A stretch of 64,000 nucleotides of DNA from Phoronis australis (taxonomy: Eukaryota; Animalia; Phoronida): contig NMRA01000240.1 in the NCBI GenBank assembly GCA_002633005.1, positions 415,643-479,642 of the forward strand, in the 5' to 3' direction. Position 1 is the first letter of the stretch, and each line of letters starts with the position of its first letter. The translations under genes and the position numbers were made by a program. Below the pieces are notes generated by a model. That model ran no database searches and was not told the origin of the DNA. It worked only from the letters and a program-made list of their open reading frames with translations. Shown one piece after another: positions 1 through 12,500 of this stretch.

Positions 1-539
1 TGGTGAACTCGGTATACTATGAGTTTCTTCAACCAATTCTCGACAAACTATTATTTTTTAGGTCTTTACACTATCTGCTAAGGTGTATGTTTTTTTATTG
101 ATACATACTTTTGAACTTTTTCGTTTTATGATTCTAGTAACAGTACTGTTGTCAGTTAGAACTGACAGGAATTGGGAATCCTCACAAATGCTTAGGACAT
201 GTACTTCAGTTTAATATATTGTTGATATATTTTGAATTTAGCTTATCCTTAACTGTTACTTGATTCTTTCCCTTGCCTATATATTCATGGCAATGGATTA
301 AGGGAAATGTCCACATGTTGAATAACTTTCCTTGGTCACTGTGGAAATTAATCCAGAGCTAATCACTGAAGTCTTTCTTGAATTGATTGAATGTTTGAAA
401 GGGTATGGTATTATGCTAAGCTGTTTGCTGTGTATCAATTTTCTGGTTCATGTGACATGGAGTTGTTGCCGTAGCAACTGTTGGTTCAAAATTGCTTATA
501 GTGCAGTTATATACTCTAGATTTGTCTCACTTTACTTAA

Positions 540-1445
540 AGGTGAAGGCAACCTTTCTTCATGTCATTTTTAGCAAAAATAAGGTTCGTTGGTTATCCCA
601 GACATAATTTCAACTTAATTACAGCTTTTCATAATTTAATTAAATATTCGTTCTCTACTCCGGAAGTGACGTTTTGGGAGGCAAGCATTTCGCGCCAATT
701 TCTTTTCATATATAGTCTGACTATGAGAGCTGTCGAGTCAGTCATTGATCTGCCTCAGTTGTGATAAGTTCGGTCGTCATTTGCTTTTGTTTACGAGTCA
801 GTCAACATGCCACAATGTTGCTGCGTACCGGAATGTACTCATTATGGCCCAAAGCCTGTTAGCAGCCCTGCTGCGATGTTGAGTAGTGGGAGTGAATACA
901 GGTCCAGTCAGTGAAGAGTACAGTTCATCGTTCAATGAACAGATCGTTGAGCCATCCCAACTTTGATAAGTTTATTGTGGACTTGTTTAAAGTATTGGAG
1001 CTATTTTGAAGGTGTCAGGTGTCTGGTGAGGGAGTCACACAGCGGGGTGTAAGCAGTTTGTGTGCTCAGGTCACTATCCAGTGGGAGTGTGTTGCGGTAC
1101 ACTCAGGCAAATGGGATAGTTGTTCCTCTGTCTGTGAGACAATAATGAGTACATCTCTGTACGCAGCAACAATGTGGCATGTTGACTGACTCGTAAACAA
1201 TAGCAAATGACGACCGAACTTATCACAACCGAGATAGAACAATGAATGACTCGGCAGCTCTCACAGTCAGACTATATGAAAAGAAATTGGCGCGAAATGA
1301 ATTCCTCCCTAAACGTCACTTCCGGAGTAGAGAACGAATAAATAATTAAATTATGAAAAGCTGTTATTAAGTGAAAAATATGTCTGGAATAACCAACGAA
1401 CCTTATTTTTGCTAAAAAAGACATGAAAAAGGGTTGCCTTCGCCT
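540..1445. mobile_element. Kolobok-type non-autonomous foldback element (~305-bp TIRs, TTAA TSD)
   Basis: ttaa|AGGTGAAGGCAACC ... GGTTGCCTTCGCCT|ttaa. Arms 540-~845 and ~1142-1445 are reverse complements, and each ends in a THAP-like start (MPQCCCVPEC on the left arm). A related left end occurs at 62861. Confidence 0.85.
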
Positions 1446-2401
1446 TTAAGTACTGTGGGGTATGTTCATGATAGTGACTGGAGCCTTAAGATTTGGTCTG
1501 GAGGCTTAAAAATCCACAATTGCTGAGTAGCCATGAAATGAGAAGTGCATTATGGTCTAGAAATAACTGACATTTAGTTATGTTTCATAAATAGCAGTGT
1601 GGACCGTAAAAGGTCTTTGCCACTCAGGCTCCAAAGCTTTGGTACTGCCAAAGCTTTTAGCAATGGGAACACTTAACTTGGGTCTTTAATCGTGAGTTAA
1701 CTCCAAAGTAAAGAGGTCGCTTATGAAAACACTTATCTGCGACGCTATCGGAGTTACTGGCAGGGGTCACTGCCTGCATTTGCCAACAGCGGGTGGTGAC
1801 TATTTGTTAATATTTTGTTCTGATAGTTGTTATTTTATGGTATAAGCATTCTGTTTCAATTTATTCGTGTATATGATGTATTCTTTCGATTAAAAAATCA
1901 CTGAACATGTAGTGTACACAAAACGAGTTTCTGCTGTACCATACCATCTTTGTTTTTATCAGCTATAGCTTGCGCAAGAGTCAAATTTTTAATGTGTCAT
2001 TTTCTAGTACATCTTCATCGCCCTAACATGGCAATTAACTGTTGGCTGCTTTGTGAAGTTGATGTTCCTTTTTCCATCAGGGGAGAGAGAGAAATCCTTG
2101 CCATTTTTGATTACGAGTATTGTCAAAATAGACAAGACCATGACCTTCGGTCATTAAGTGCTACCTTGCGATAAATTTGGTGAACTGTACCTCTGAAGTT
2201 TATGGAACTTTTACACTCAATAGGCTTAACTTCACACAGTTAACATTGAAGCTTCGATAGTAGAGAAGTTAACTGTATAGGAAATGGCCTTTAGACTAAA
2301 TTTCTGAGTTAAGTCTGAGTCACTTTTCATGAACTGGCCTTACCATTTGACCATCAATTAGGTGCTCTGCTTCTTGCATAGTATGGAACTATGCATTCCA
2401 T

Positions 2402-2480
2402 GTGAGCTATATCTGTGAGCTACATCCCTGAGCTACATCCGTGAGCTACATCCGTGAGCTACATCCGTGAGCTTTACATC
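2402..2480. repeat. 13-bp tandem repeat (GTGAGCTACATCC) x~6
   Basis: Directly visible tandem units. Confidence 0.85.
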
Positions 2481-3123
2481 AGCACCACATGCCATGTTGA
2501 TTGATCCAGTGTTATTGTAATTAGCCATTTGGGAAATCACCATCATCACTGAACCTACAGTGCTGTATTATTGATAACTGTTTGGTTACTCTACTTGTCA
2601 GAATACAAAACTCCATTTGCTGTGATTGCTAATTGACAACCCCTTTTTGAAATTATGGGTTATCAATACTTGATGGTGATGTTTTGACATGACTTGACAT
2701 AATTGAAATTAAACAGATTTCATCACCTAATTCCCATCATTTAGCATGAAGGCATTCCCTTGAATTATTTTAAATATATGGGATTGCCTGTAGGGTTTTA
2801 CTCTTTGGTCATATTTGCCTTTGCTAAAGGCTCAAGCAGTCTTAAGTTTTAATTGTGTGAGCTAGAGAAACATTGGACACTTGAGAGCTGCATTGTAAAG
2901 ATTCTCCAATTTTGACAGTCTCTAAAATTTGGGACACAGACGTTCAAGCACTAAGTTGAGTTGCGTTCATTTTATAGATTGGGACACTATCGATTTTCAC
3001 ATTCATAATTTTTCTAAGATTTCGGACTCTGTTTTATAGTAACAGAGTCTGAAAATAGACTTGGCAGTTCAAAATAGCTGCCATTGCAAACTGTCCATGC
3101 ATCCTAATAAGCCGCTTTTACAC

Positions 3124-3606
3124 AGAGACAGTTGTTACCCTGTCAGTGCGAGACAGTTGTTACCCTGTCAGTGCGAGACAGTTGTTTAACCCTGTCAGCG
3201 CGAGACAGTTGTTACCCTGTCAGCGCGAGACAGTTGTTACCCTGTCAGCGCGAGACAGTTGTTACCCTGTTAGCGCGAGACAGTTGTTACCCTGTCAGCG
3301 CGAGACAGTTGTTACCCTGTCAGCGCGAGACAGTTGTTACCCTGTCAGCGCGAGACAGTTGTTACCCTGTCAGCGCGAGACAGTTGTTACCCTGTCAGCG
3401 CGAGACAGTTGTTACCCTGTCAGCGCGAGACAGTTGTTACCCTGTCAGCGCGAGACATTTGTTACCCTGTCAGTGCGAGGCAGTTGTTACCCTGTCAGTG
3501 CGAGACAGTTGTAATTACACTGCCAGTGCGAGACAGTTGTTACTCTTGTCAGTGCGATACAGGTGTTACCCTGTCAGTGCGAGACAGGTGTTACCCTGTC
3601 AGTGTG
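3124..3606. repeat. 25-bp minisatellite (CGAGACAGTTGTTACCCTGTCAGCG) x~19
   Basis: Unit starts at 3301, 3326, 3351 etc. The centre is homogeneous and the edges are degenerate. It explains the three overlapping repetitive ORFs. Confidence 0.95.
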
Positions 3607-6506
3607 ACTTGCTCTATTTTAATCACATTTATGCAGCATTATATCGCAAACTGGATCAGCATAAATCACTTACTGGAAGACTTCCTGCGTAGTTGGAACT
3701 GGAGCTACTGATGGAGGGTAACTTGTTCTATCTCTCTAACTGGTGTCAAAAATGCGCCCGCCCGCCCGCCTGATATTAAGTTGCTCTGTGTCAGTTGTGT
3801 TTACACACACGCTTGAAACTGATCAGCTGTTCTGTGTTAGTTGCTTCATGACAGCTGTATTAATGCAAGACATAGAGTGATCCTTTATCATTGATTGAAT
3901 TCCTGAATTTGGGATGGCCAATTTGCCTATAATTTCTAGAATTTCGTTCATACCCTGACCTCAAGCAAAGTAATTAATTTTTTACTGTTTCAGATCGGAA
4001 ATGTTTTCCATAATCACTTTACTAGGCTTTTGCTTTTCTTTCTGCTGATCTTAAGTCATACGGTACTTTTCACATAAATAGCACTGGCTGCATGGCCAAG
4101 TAGGCTGTTAATAAAGTTTACCTATCAAAAAGTGTTTCAAAATTGTGTGACCACAAGTAGGTTGTTATCATTAATTGTTACTGTAAAGTTCAACCATTAT
4201 TGCAGTATCAACTTCTAAAATGAGCAGTTATTGAATTATTAATTTTTATTGGTAATAAATGTTCAAAGGCGTGGTTTGTGTTCAAAAAAGTTTATGGGCT
4301 GTTAATTTTTGTTGGTGCTGAATACTGGCAGTGTGTAACTTACAGTTGACTTTGAGAGCCAAGTTTCCTTACCTATGTTTACTGGTTGTCAGGTCAACGA
4401 CCTTAACAAAAATTCTTAGTAACCATCAATATTTACCTGAATGATGTTAATACCTGTGCTTATGAAGATTTCAACTGCCTCACATAAATTGTGGTTGTGA
4501 TTTTTGTAGTTTAATGAAGGGATTATGATGAGCCTAGTCTAGTGGATAAAGAGGTTACTTTACTACTTCAAAATATACATTCATGCCTAGATCACTAATT
4601 AGAAATAAACCTCCATGTTTGTCTTAGGATTAAAAAGAAGTACAAAACTAACGGTTTTACATGTGTCTGCTGTTTTTATTGATTGTTATGTGCTTTACTG
4701 GTTTACATTTCATCGTTGGTGTCCTTTTGTACCCAGCGGCTGTTTGTCATCTCTGTGCAGTCAATACTTGTTAAGTTTTAGTGTTGATAAAGAAAAGCCC
4801 TGTATAAACATAGAATGTTAGCACAGACCTTCAGTTTTTGATTAACTTATATTTATGATGCTTTTCCACATGTATAATTATTCCATGATTTTGTTCTTTG
4901 TTGCATTCTGAAGAAAACATATTTCTTGGTGGTGCTCTAATCAAATGTATACAAAGTTCAGTAGGTATTCCTGCTAACTTTCTACTTAAAAGAAAGTAAG
5001 TGTATGTAAGCTTACTGTTTTCCAAATTTGTGAGAGTTTTGGTCTTACTATGAGAAAACACAATTTTATGGAAACAAGAGTTACACAATGACTGCGATTA
5101 AAGTTATTTTTAATAAGCCCTCATAAGAAGATCATTTTGGAAGTCAGTCATAAAACAGCATCTGAAAATTTCATATGAATCTACCAGGTATCTCTGAGAT
5201 TGAGAATGAACATTCCAAAGTTTGAGCCAAATTTTGGGCATTTTTCAAACATGCTACGTAACCTAACAGGTTCTAGTGGAAGCCTGGGTTTTTATTTTAC
5301 ATGTTAATCTTGTTCTGGCTTCTATTTGAGACTGGCTCCTGTCTATTTACCCAACTGGGCATCTGTCAAAATTAGAATATCATTTCCTAGACCAAGAGAA
5401 GTTTGCAAAAACACTGGATTGCTCAGACATCGCCACACATTTCAAGTGAAATGTGAGCATATATACCTTTTCCTGTCAGTGTCATTAGAGGCAAAATCTC
5501 AGCACTTATTGTAGGCCCTGCTCATGTTTATATTAAAGTTTCAATATCAATAATGTGGTTGGTGCCACACTTTCTAGCATTAGTATACACCAACTAGTAA
5601 ATACTTCCAGACCTGTACACTTGGCCAAATCCGTGTTGAAGGTACTTGCCGAAGTTCTATTGATGTTTTATTGATTTTTTCTTCATTTGCACCAGTATAG
5701 ATTAAGTAGTTAAACAATGGCTTGATCAATATAAAATTTCATATTTGGATAGATTTTTTTAAAGTGCTATCAGCATTGTGAAACCTGTTTCTTGCTATGA
5801 CTTACAGTTATCGCAATATTCGAGATTTACAGCTTAGATGACTTCTTTTAGTGACTTACAGTAGTTATCTATAGCTGCACTTTGTTAGCCTATCATATTT
5901 GTTATAAAGATGCATTTTTCGTCAGATCAACATGAAATTTGCATGCAGTTTTCATTTAGTCTAAAACAAGGAATGTTCTTGAGAGAAATCGGATGCAACA
6001 TGGCACTATGAGCCATTTTTCAAATTATGCTTGCGGAGAATCTAACTCCGCAATCCTTTGACCAAACATTTTCAAAATCGGTATGCAAATAGCGTCATGG
6101 TCATGGTTTTGATGTTCTTGGTTTTGTCGTCAATCTCATCTTTAAATTTGTATTTGACTTCACCTAGTTTCGCCCCTTAGAGCTCTTTCATTTGTTACAT
6201 TTGCCTCTACATTTGTCTTAACGACAGCTTTTTGCTCAAGTCCTTTTAAAAACACAGCAATTATGAAAAATGTTTATATCTGTTGATATCAAGTGTCAGT
6301 GTGCATTAACTAAAATAATAATATAGATAGATAATGCTACAAAGTCTACAGTGGAAATTGACCTGGTGCATATCTCAGTTAGGCAGATGGAAACCTGATG
6401 CATTATTGGATTGAAGCATTCTGTACTATGTCTTTCAATTTTGTTTTAACAGGGATTCAAAACTAAAAGGTAAGCTGATAAATAATGCTGATGCCTTTGC
6501 TTTCAG

Positions 6507-6586
6507 ATTGTACCTGTCAGTCACAACAGGCGAATAATTGTGTCTGGACGAGCAAAACGAACACCAGAGGCACCCAAGTGTATATG
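6507..6586 (+). CDS. DCDC2: DCDC2-like exon (inter-DCX linker)
   Basis: tttcag|ATTGTACCT..ATATG|gtaggt; IVPVSHNRRIIVSGRAKRTPEAPKCI. Confidence 0.8.
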
Positions 6587-9500
6587 GTAGGTACCTTACT
6601 TTAGGTAGGTCTTGGAATTCTAGGTGGTGGTTCTAAGGATTTACAGTACTGTTCCTTATTGGACTGATTTGTGTATTGGCCCTTATTGAGCTGTGTGTGG
6701 TCATGTTGAGTTCAGATATTCGCTGTCAGGGTGAGCCATCAAAACTTATTAGTTTTTCACCTTGTTAATGCAAAGCACAAGTTTTTGTAATTATTTTGAG
6801 TGCTATTCATATCCAGCAAATCTGTACCTAGGCATGAAATTGTATTGGTTCTTTTGTATAAAAAAAATAATTGCAGGTGGTCTGATACATGTTGTACCAG
6901 ACATGCGCAGGCCTCGCATGTGGGTCCATTGCACTGATCACCTGGAAATATTTTTATGCTTTATTAATACATGGTTAAAACCAAGCTGAAGAGCTAGAAA
7001 CCTGGCTCAAGGGTTTAGCAGTGTGACCTGGTGGGACCTCATACAATAAATGAGTACTTGGTAGCGTGTGTGATAAAAACATGTTTAACCTGAACTGTGA
7101 AGAAAGAATGGTTCAAAGGTGTAAACGTTTAGTCTATGCTTTGTTGATGCATCTGTCCTTTGTAATTGTAACTTGTGAATGTCATTTATGCTTGTAGGGT
7201 TTATCATAATGGTGACCAGTTTACTCCATCAAAGAAAGTTGTGATTAAAGCAAGACAGAAAAATGACTTTGAGGCGATTTGCTCAGAAGTTATGCAGAAA
7301 ATAGACATGACCAGGAATGGTGGATGTCATAAGTAAGTGTGCAAACTCAAGTCTTGGTGGAATGGAGTTTTTGAACTAGGAATATGACGGGAAGTATTCA
7401 GAATAACAGTTAAAAGGCTAATGAACTGTGTTTACCACATATTTATGTCTCCGCAATTGTCGCCAGCCTTTAACCTTCTTTTGCAGTCACCTACCACAGC
7501 TGTTGAGGACTCATGTGAAATTGTCTTTGAAAAACCATGTGTCTTTGAGGGCTCATGTTTTGTTGTGGAATCCTTTGTTTTGTTTCTTAATATAATGAGT
7601 TAGGTTCATTAAATCATGTGTGATAACACCGTGCACAAAGTGGACTTCACTGCTTACTTCTAGGGAAGGTTTTACCATCACTAACTTGTTTTAGTTATTT
7701 AGTCTTGACCATAGCAGTGCTGGGGGGCACTTCTCTTCACTCTTTCATAAATGGACAAAATGGAAGGTTTAGATGTTAATTCATGCCTCATTCTTGGGAG
7801 TGACTGGTGGAGGTTTTGAGGGCATTACTGTTGTGTGGTTTATAATAGCTGCTAGATCCTGTGTGCCACAAGGTGACAACTGGCACTCACGACATGGAAC
7901 GTACGTGACAGTGGTTAGGGATATCTCGATCAATTAAGAGGAGTTATAATTACATGAATGTTTTTGATTAACAAATAATGTTCATGTGAGCTCAAGGAGT
8001 GCAATAAATAGCATTTTTTTCCAAGTATAATGCTCTGTTAATTTTCTTTTTGTTTCCGTGCACACACTATGGTATAACTGTATCTCCTCAATGTCTCAAT
8101 GCCTATTTTGAAGTCAGTTAATTTCTGACTAGATTAGACTTTGGCATCCAGTTTTTTCTCTTTGCAGAGCCACAACTCTGCCTTCTGAGGAATTTTCCGA
8201 TATGTGGTGTTTGAATAGATCTCACCAGTTGCATCCATTTTCGAGTTCTTACGACTACTGTCTGATTGACTAATTCCTCACTGCACTTTCGTTAGTTTAC
8301 CGTAAATTGTACAAGATTAGTTTTCTTAATATTTTTTTCATTGTCGTATTCATTAAATTTCACCAAATGTTGCAAAGCTGTGTTCTTAAAATCATTATCA
8401 CCATCATTGTCATGGTTTTTGTTTGTCATTCAATTTCACCAGGTGTCACTCAGGAGCAATTCATTTTGATGTTGCTTATTCTCCTTTGTTTTTCATTTCT
8501 TAGGTTTTATGATTTAGAAGATCCTGTGCACCCCATAACAAACGCTGCCCAGCTACTTCATGGAAAGACATATATTGCTTGTGGAACAATGGAGCGTTGT
8601 CAGAGGCTAGACTATGGCACTCCTGGTGCCATTTCACCTAGATCCAACAACAAAAGGTAAACGAGCCTTTCATTCCGTTTGTAAAAAAACAAAAAACAAA
8701 TGTGTAACATTTGTGCATTGCGGTGAATTTGAAAAAGAATGTTGTGCCTTGTGTAATCAATAGTCTTGTTATGGTTGTCTAGCAGGTATTGAATATCTGT
8801 AGATTATGTTATACAATAGTCCAAAGGGACATGTCATGTGGTATCAGCCTGGTAATTAGTTGGTCAATATGCTACAGCTCCTGTGATCTTCCCAATTACA
8901 GACATGTAGGGTACTTATGCCCTCTTCATCTGAATTGTTGTATATATTGCTGTGCTACAGTGTATCACATATGAATCGACTGACAGTAAAATCATTAATA
9001 TGCTCCCAATATGATGGTCAAGTGGTCATTTATTGCTTTCATTTCTCCTTAAAATAAGTATCAAATGAAATCTTTATCATTTTAAGTTCTATATCATAGC
9101 TACCATGGTGAACAATATTTTAAGAAATGTTGGGCATTCGCAGTGGTGCAATTAAAAAAAAGAAAAACATTTTGGCATTTATTTTTGTTAAGAATTTCTG
9201 AAATGTGAATTTGTGAATGAAGTGGGAAGAGTTACAATACCAAACCAGAAACAGATAATATATGTTCATTTGACTCATTTAGCCTCTATGTACACCTTCT
9301 AACCAGGTCATTATGGAAATGAAACAAGCATGTGTACCTCAACTGCCAGGTTTTTTATAAAATGGAGATTAGAGGTCACAAAGGGACCAAATTTCTTCAA
9401 AAAAGAGAAATTTCTGTCTTTCACCTGCCGAAAGTCATGTACACTAAGTCTTGAAAAGATACCGCGATATATTGCTTTACTGCATCCTTAACAATACTCT

Positions 9501-12500
9501 TTGGAAACCATTCTCTAAAGTGATCTTAGCCAAGTTTTGTTCCCAGTTTGCTGATTGGTTGATTGGAAGTATTTGTCCCGTCCTTTTATTAGACATTGTA
9601 TTTTAGTATTGGCTTGCAATGGCTTTACTGATTCAGTTAGTGCCATCTACATTGCTTGCACATCATGTTTTAGCTCACCTACAGGATCAGACACTTCAAC
9701 CAGGTACACCGTCTGCATGTATTTCTTCAAGTCATTAACCTTCTTTTCAATCATGTGATCTGTTCTCATCAATCACCATTTCTGTTTTTTAATTTTTCCT
9801 GTATTGATCCAAGCTGTCTCCTGTTTGATCCTGTTTTATAAGTTTGACATCATTTGTCACTCTGCATATCACAGTGTTTCAGTTCATATGTTCCCTTGTC
9901 CTGGAGTCAGCTTCATATTCTTATATTTTTTTGATTTGTAGCTGAAAACAAAACACAATTCAGAAGGGCGTGCCATTGAATTTTACAGTTTTTTAGTCAA
10001 TAAACTGATAGAGTATTTTACTTAGTGTTGTTGTGCCCTTCAGTATTTCTTTATTAATAGTGAATTGTCACATTCTGCCTTTGACGAAAATACCTCTTTG
10101 GTAATTATGTAATATGCTGCAAATATTCCAATCATGCCAATTTGTGTGGCTTTTAAAACATTATTCAGATTTAGAAACTTCTACTGAGAAATGTGTTATT
10201 CTGGGTCAACATGCAATAAAATATCAGGACTTTGTCACGATTATAAACATGTCCTTTTTTAGAAAAAACTACCAGCACCATCTGCCACCATTGAATCAAA
10301 AGAGGAAATTGTCACGGAACACAAGCGAGGAGTCATCTCCTAACAATTCTGTCAACTCCAAAGGAAGCAGGTATGATCCTAACCCGTGCTGGTATTTATT
10401 ATCTCTGTAATTAATTGTAGAAGAACATATTGTTGGAACTATGGATATTCTCAAACTATTCAATAGTTTGGTGTAGTGATCATTAAAGTTTTTTTTTTGC
10501 ATTTTACGTTCTAGTTGTAGTAACTTGTGTACAACGCATGCTGATGTAGCTTTTTTGACAGCCTGTTGACTGTAATTTGCTTGAAAATTAATATCACACA
10601 GTAAATGTCCATTCATGTAATATTCATGAAATTATTATGCACTTCAGAGCAAGACCAAGGAAGGCAAAAGAAGCAAAGAAAGAGCAAGGAAAGGAGAAGG
10701 AGAAGAAAGAAGAGGAAGTTATTCCAACAAAACCTCGTAAGCATGTGAAACGAACGCCAGATAAAACTAGGTCAGACGAAACATCAGGGACTAACCAAGA
10801 GACTGACCCTGTTAAACAAGAGCCGGAGAAAAAAGCAGAAGTTAAACCAAAACCCACCACACAAGCCAACACAAAATCAAAACCCAATTCCAAGCCACAG
10901 CCTAACTCCAAACAGAGGACACCCGAGCCAGAGCCTGTCAAGGAGGTGGATTATGACAAAGGTATGATTGGATGAATAAAGTGGTACATGTGCTTTGATG
11001 CAAGTGCGTCAAGTTTTTGTTAGTCATCAATTGAATAGACTCAATCATGCATTTTGATCGTAGAAAAACTGGTCTGTGTGAGATGGGGAAAAGTTTAGTG
11101 GCTGGTATGACACTTTTGACTAGATCCCCTAACATACTTAGTCATTGTCCTTTTTGGCTATAAAACAATGATCTGACTGTTCTTTCCTGATGTTCATCTT
11201 TAATGCCAAAATAGTTATGATTACTTTAGTCTTCATCTGCCTGTTTAGTCTGCTCATTTCATTCTGTTCTCTGTATTAAGATGATGGGCGATTTTGCTAG
11301 CCTCTGACTTGCTGATATTCTCAGCACAAATAGTGATTTTTAAAAGCTGTTGTGTAGGACCAATATTTCGTCCATCGGTTTTGAAAGATTTGCACTCTAA
11401 CTCCCAATAAGGGGTGGGGGGAATGCAGTGGCACTTGTTTGGTATACTTTAATTTAAGCTTCCTTAATTCTAAATTTGATTGTTTAACACATTTTTGCTA
11501 GATGAGGGAGGTGTGTTCAAGGCTCAGGTGAGCGAAGAGACAAAAGGAGCAAAGGAGGTTAAGGAGAGTGAAGAGACTGAGACCGAGGTGCCGGTGGATC
11601 AGAGAGAGGCAGAGGAGATAGAGGTGTGTGTGTGTGTGCACAGTGAAACATTACTTTCTACTCACTAAATGTTAAGTACATTATTATAGTTCTTCAGTCA
11701 CATGCACAAGATACATGATTAGATAAGTATTCTTAAATTGCCATTGGACAGATTGATGTAAATGCATTAGGCATTTCATTCTGAAATGATGAACTGGCAC
11801 TACTAATGAAACTTAAGCAGTTCTGTGACTCATGATCAAATTTCAAAGGAGAATGGAGAGCCTGGGGATTGCTTGACGGTAAAAATGTTATGACAGTAAA
11901 GTCACATTGTCACCGTCCAATGTTATGATAGTAAAGTCACATTGTCACCGTCTAATGTTATGACAGTAATGTCAAATTGCCACCGTCTAATGTTATGACA
12001 GTAAAGTCACATAGTCACCATGTAATGTTATGACCGTAAAGCCGCATTGTCATCGTCTAATGTTATGACAGTAAAGTCACATTGTCACCATCTAATGTTA
12101 TGACAGTAAAGTCACATTGTCACTGTCTAATGTTAAGACAGTAAAGTCACGTTGTCACTGTCTAATGTTATGTCAGTAAAGTCAAATTCCCACCATCTAA
12201 TGTTATGACAGTAAAGTCACATTGTCACTGTCTAATGTTATGACAGCAAAGTAATATTGTCACTGTCTATTGCTCATAGTTCACTCGCTTAATACATTCC
12301 AGTTCTACATTATTCCATTAAGTCCCTTGTATTGTATAAGTTGATTTAGTCACGGGGAACTTTAGCAACAGAAAATGTTTTCGAGTAGTCCAAGCAGGTT
12401 GTTTGGATGTTTCATCACTTAGATGACTGGCAGTCAAACATGTGTTTTGGATAACTTAAGAATCATAGTATATCTGATTCACTTTCATCTCTAATGCCTC

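Noticed and set aside
3124-3606. CRISPR-like array or repeat protein ORFs (3132-3711)
   Set aside because: Units are head-to-tail with no unique spacers, there are no cas genes, and the context is eukaryotic. The ORFs are a by-product of the repeat.
6453-6469. 17-nt micro-exon upstream of the DCDC2 linker exon
   Set aside because: It would need a 37-nt intron and puts TAA in the required frame.
11884-12270. 35-bp repeat as CRISPR array
   Set aside because: No spacers; intronic minisatellite.
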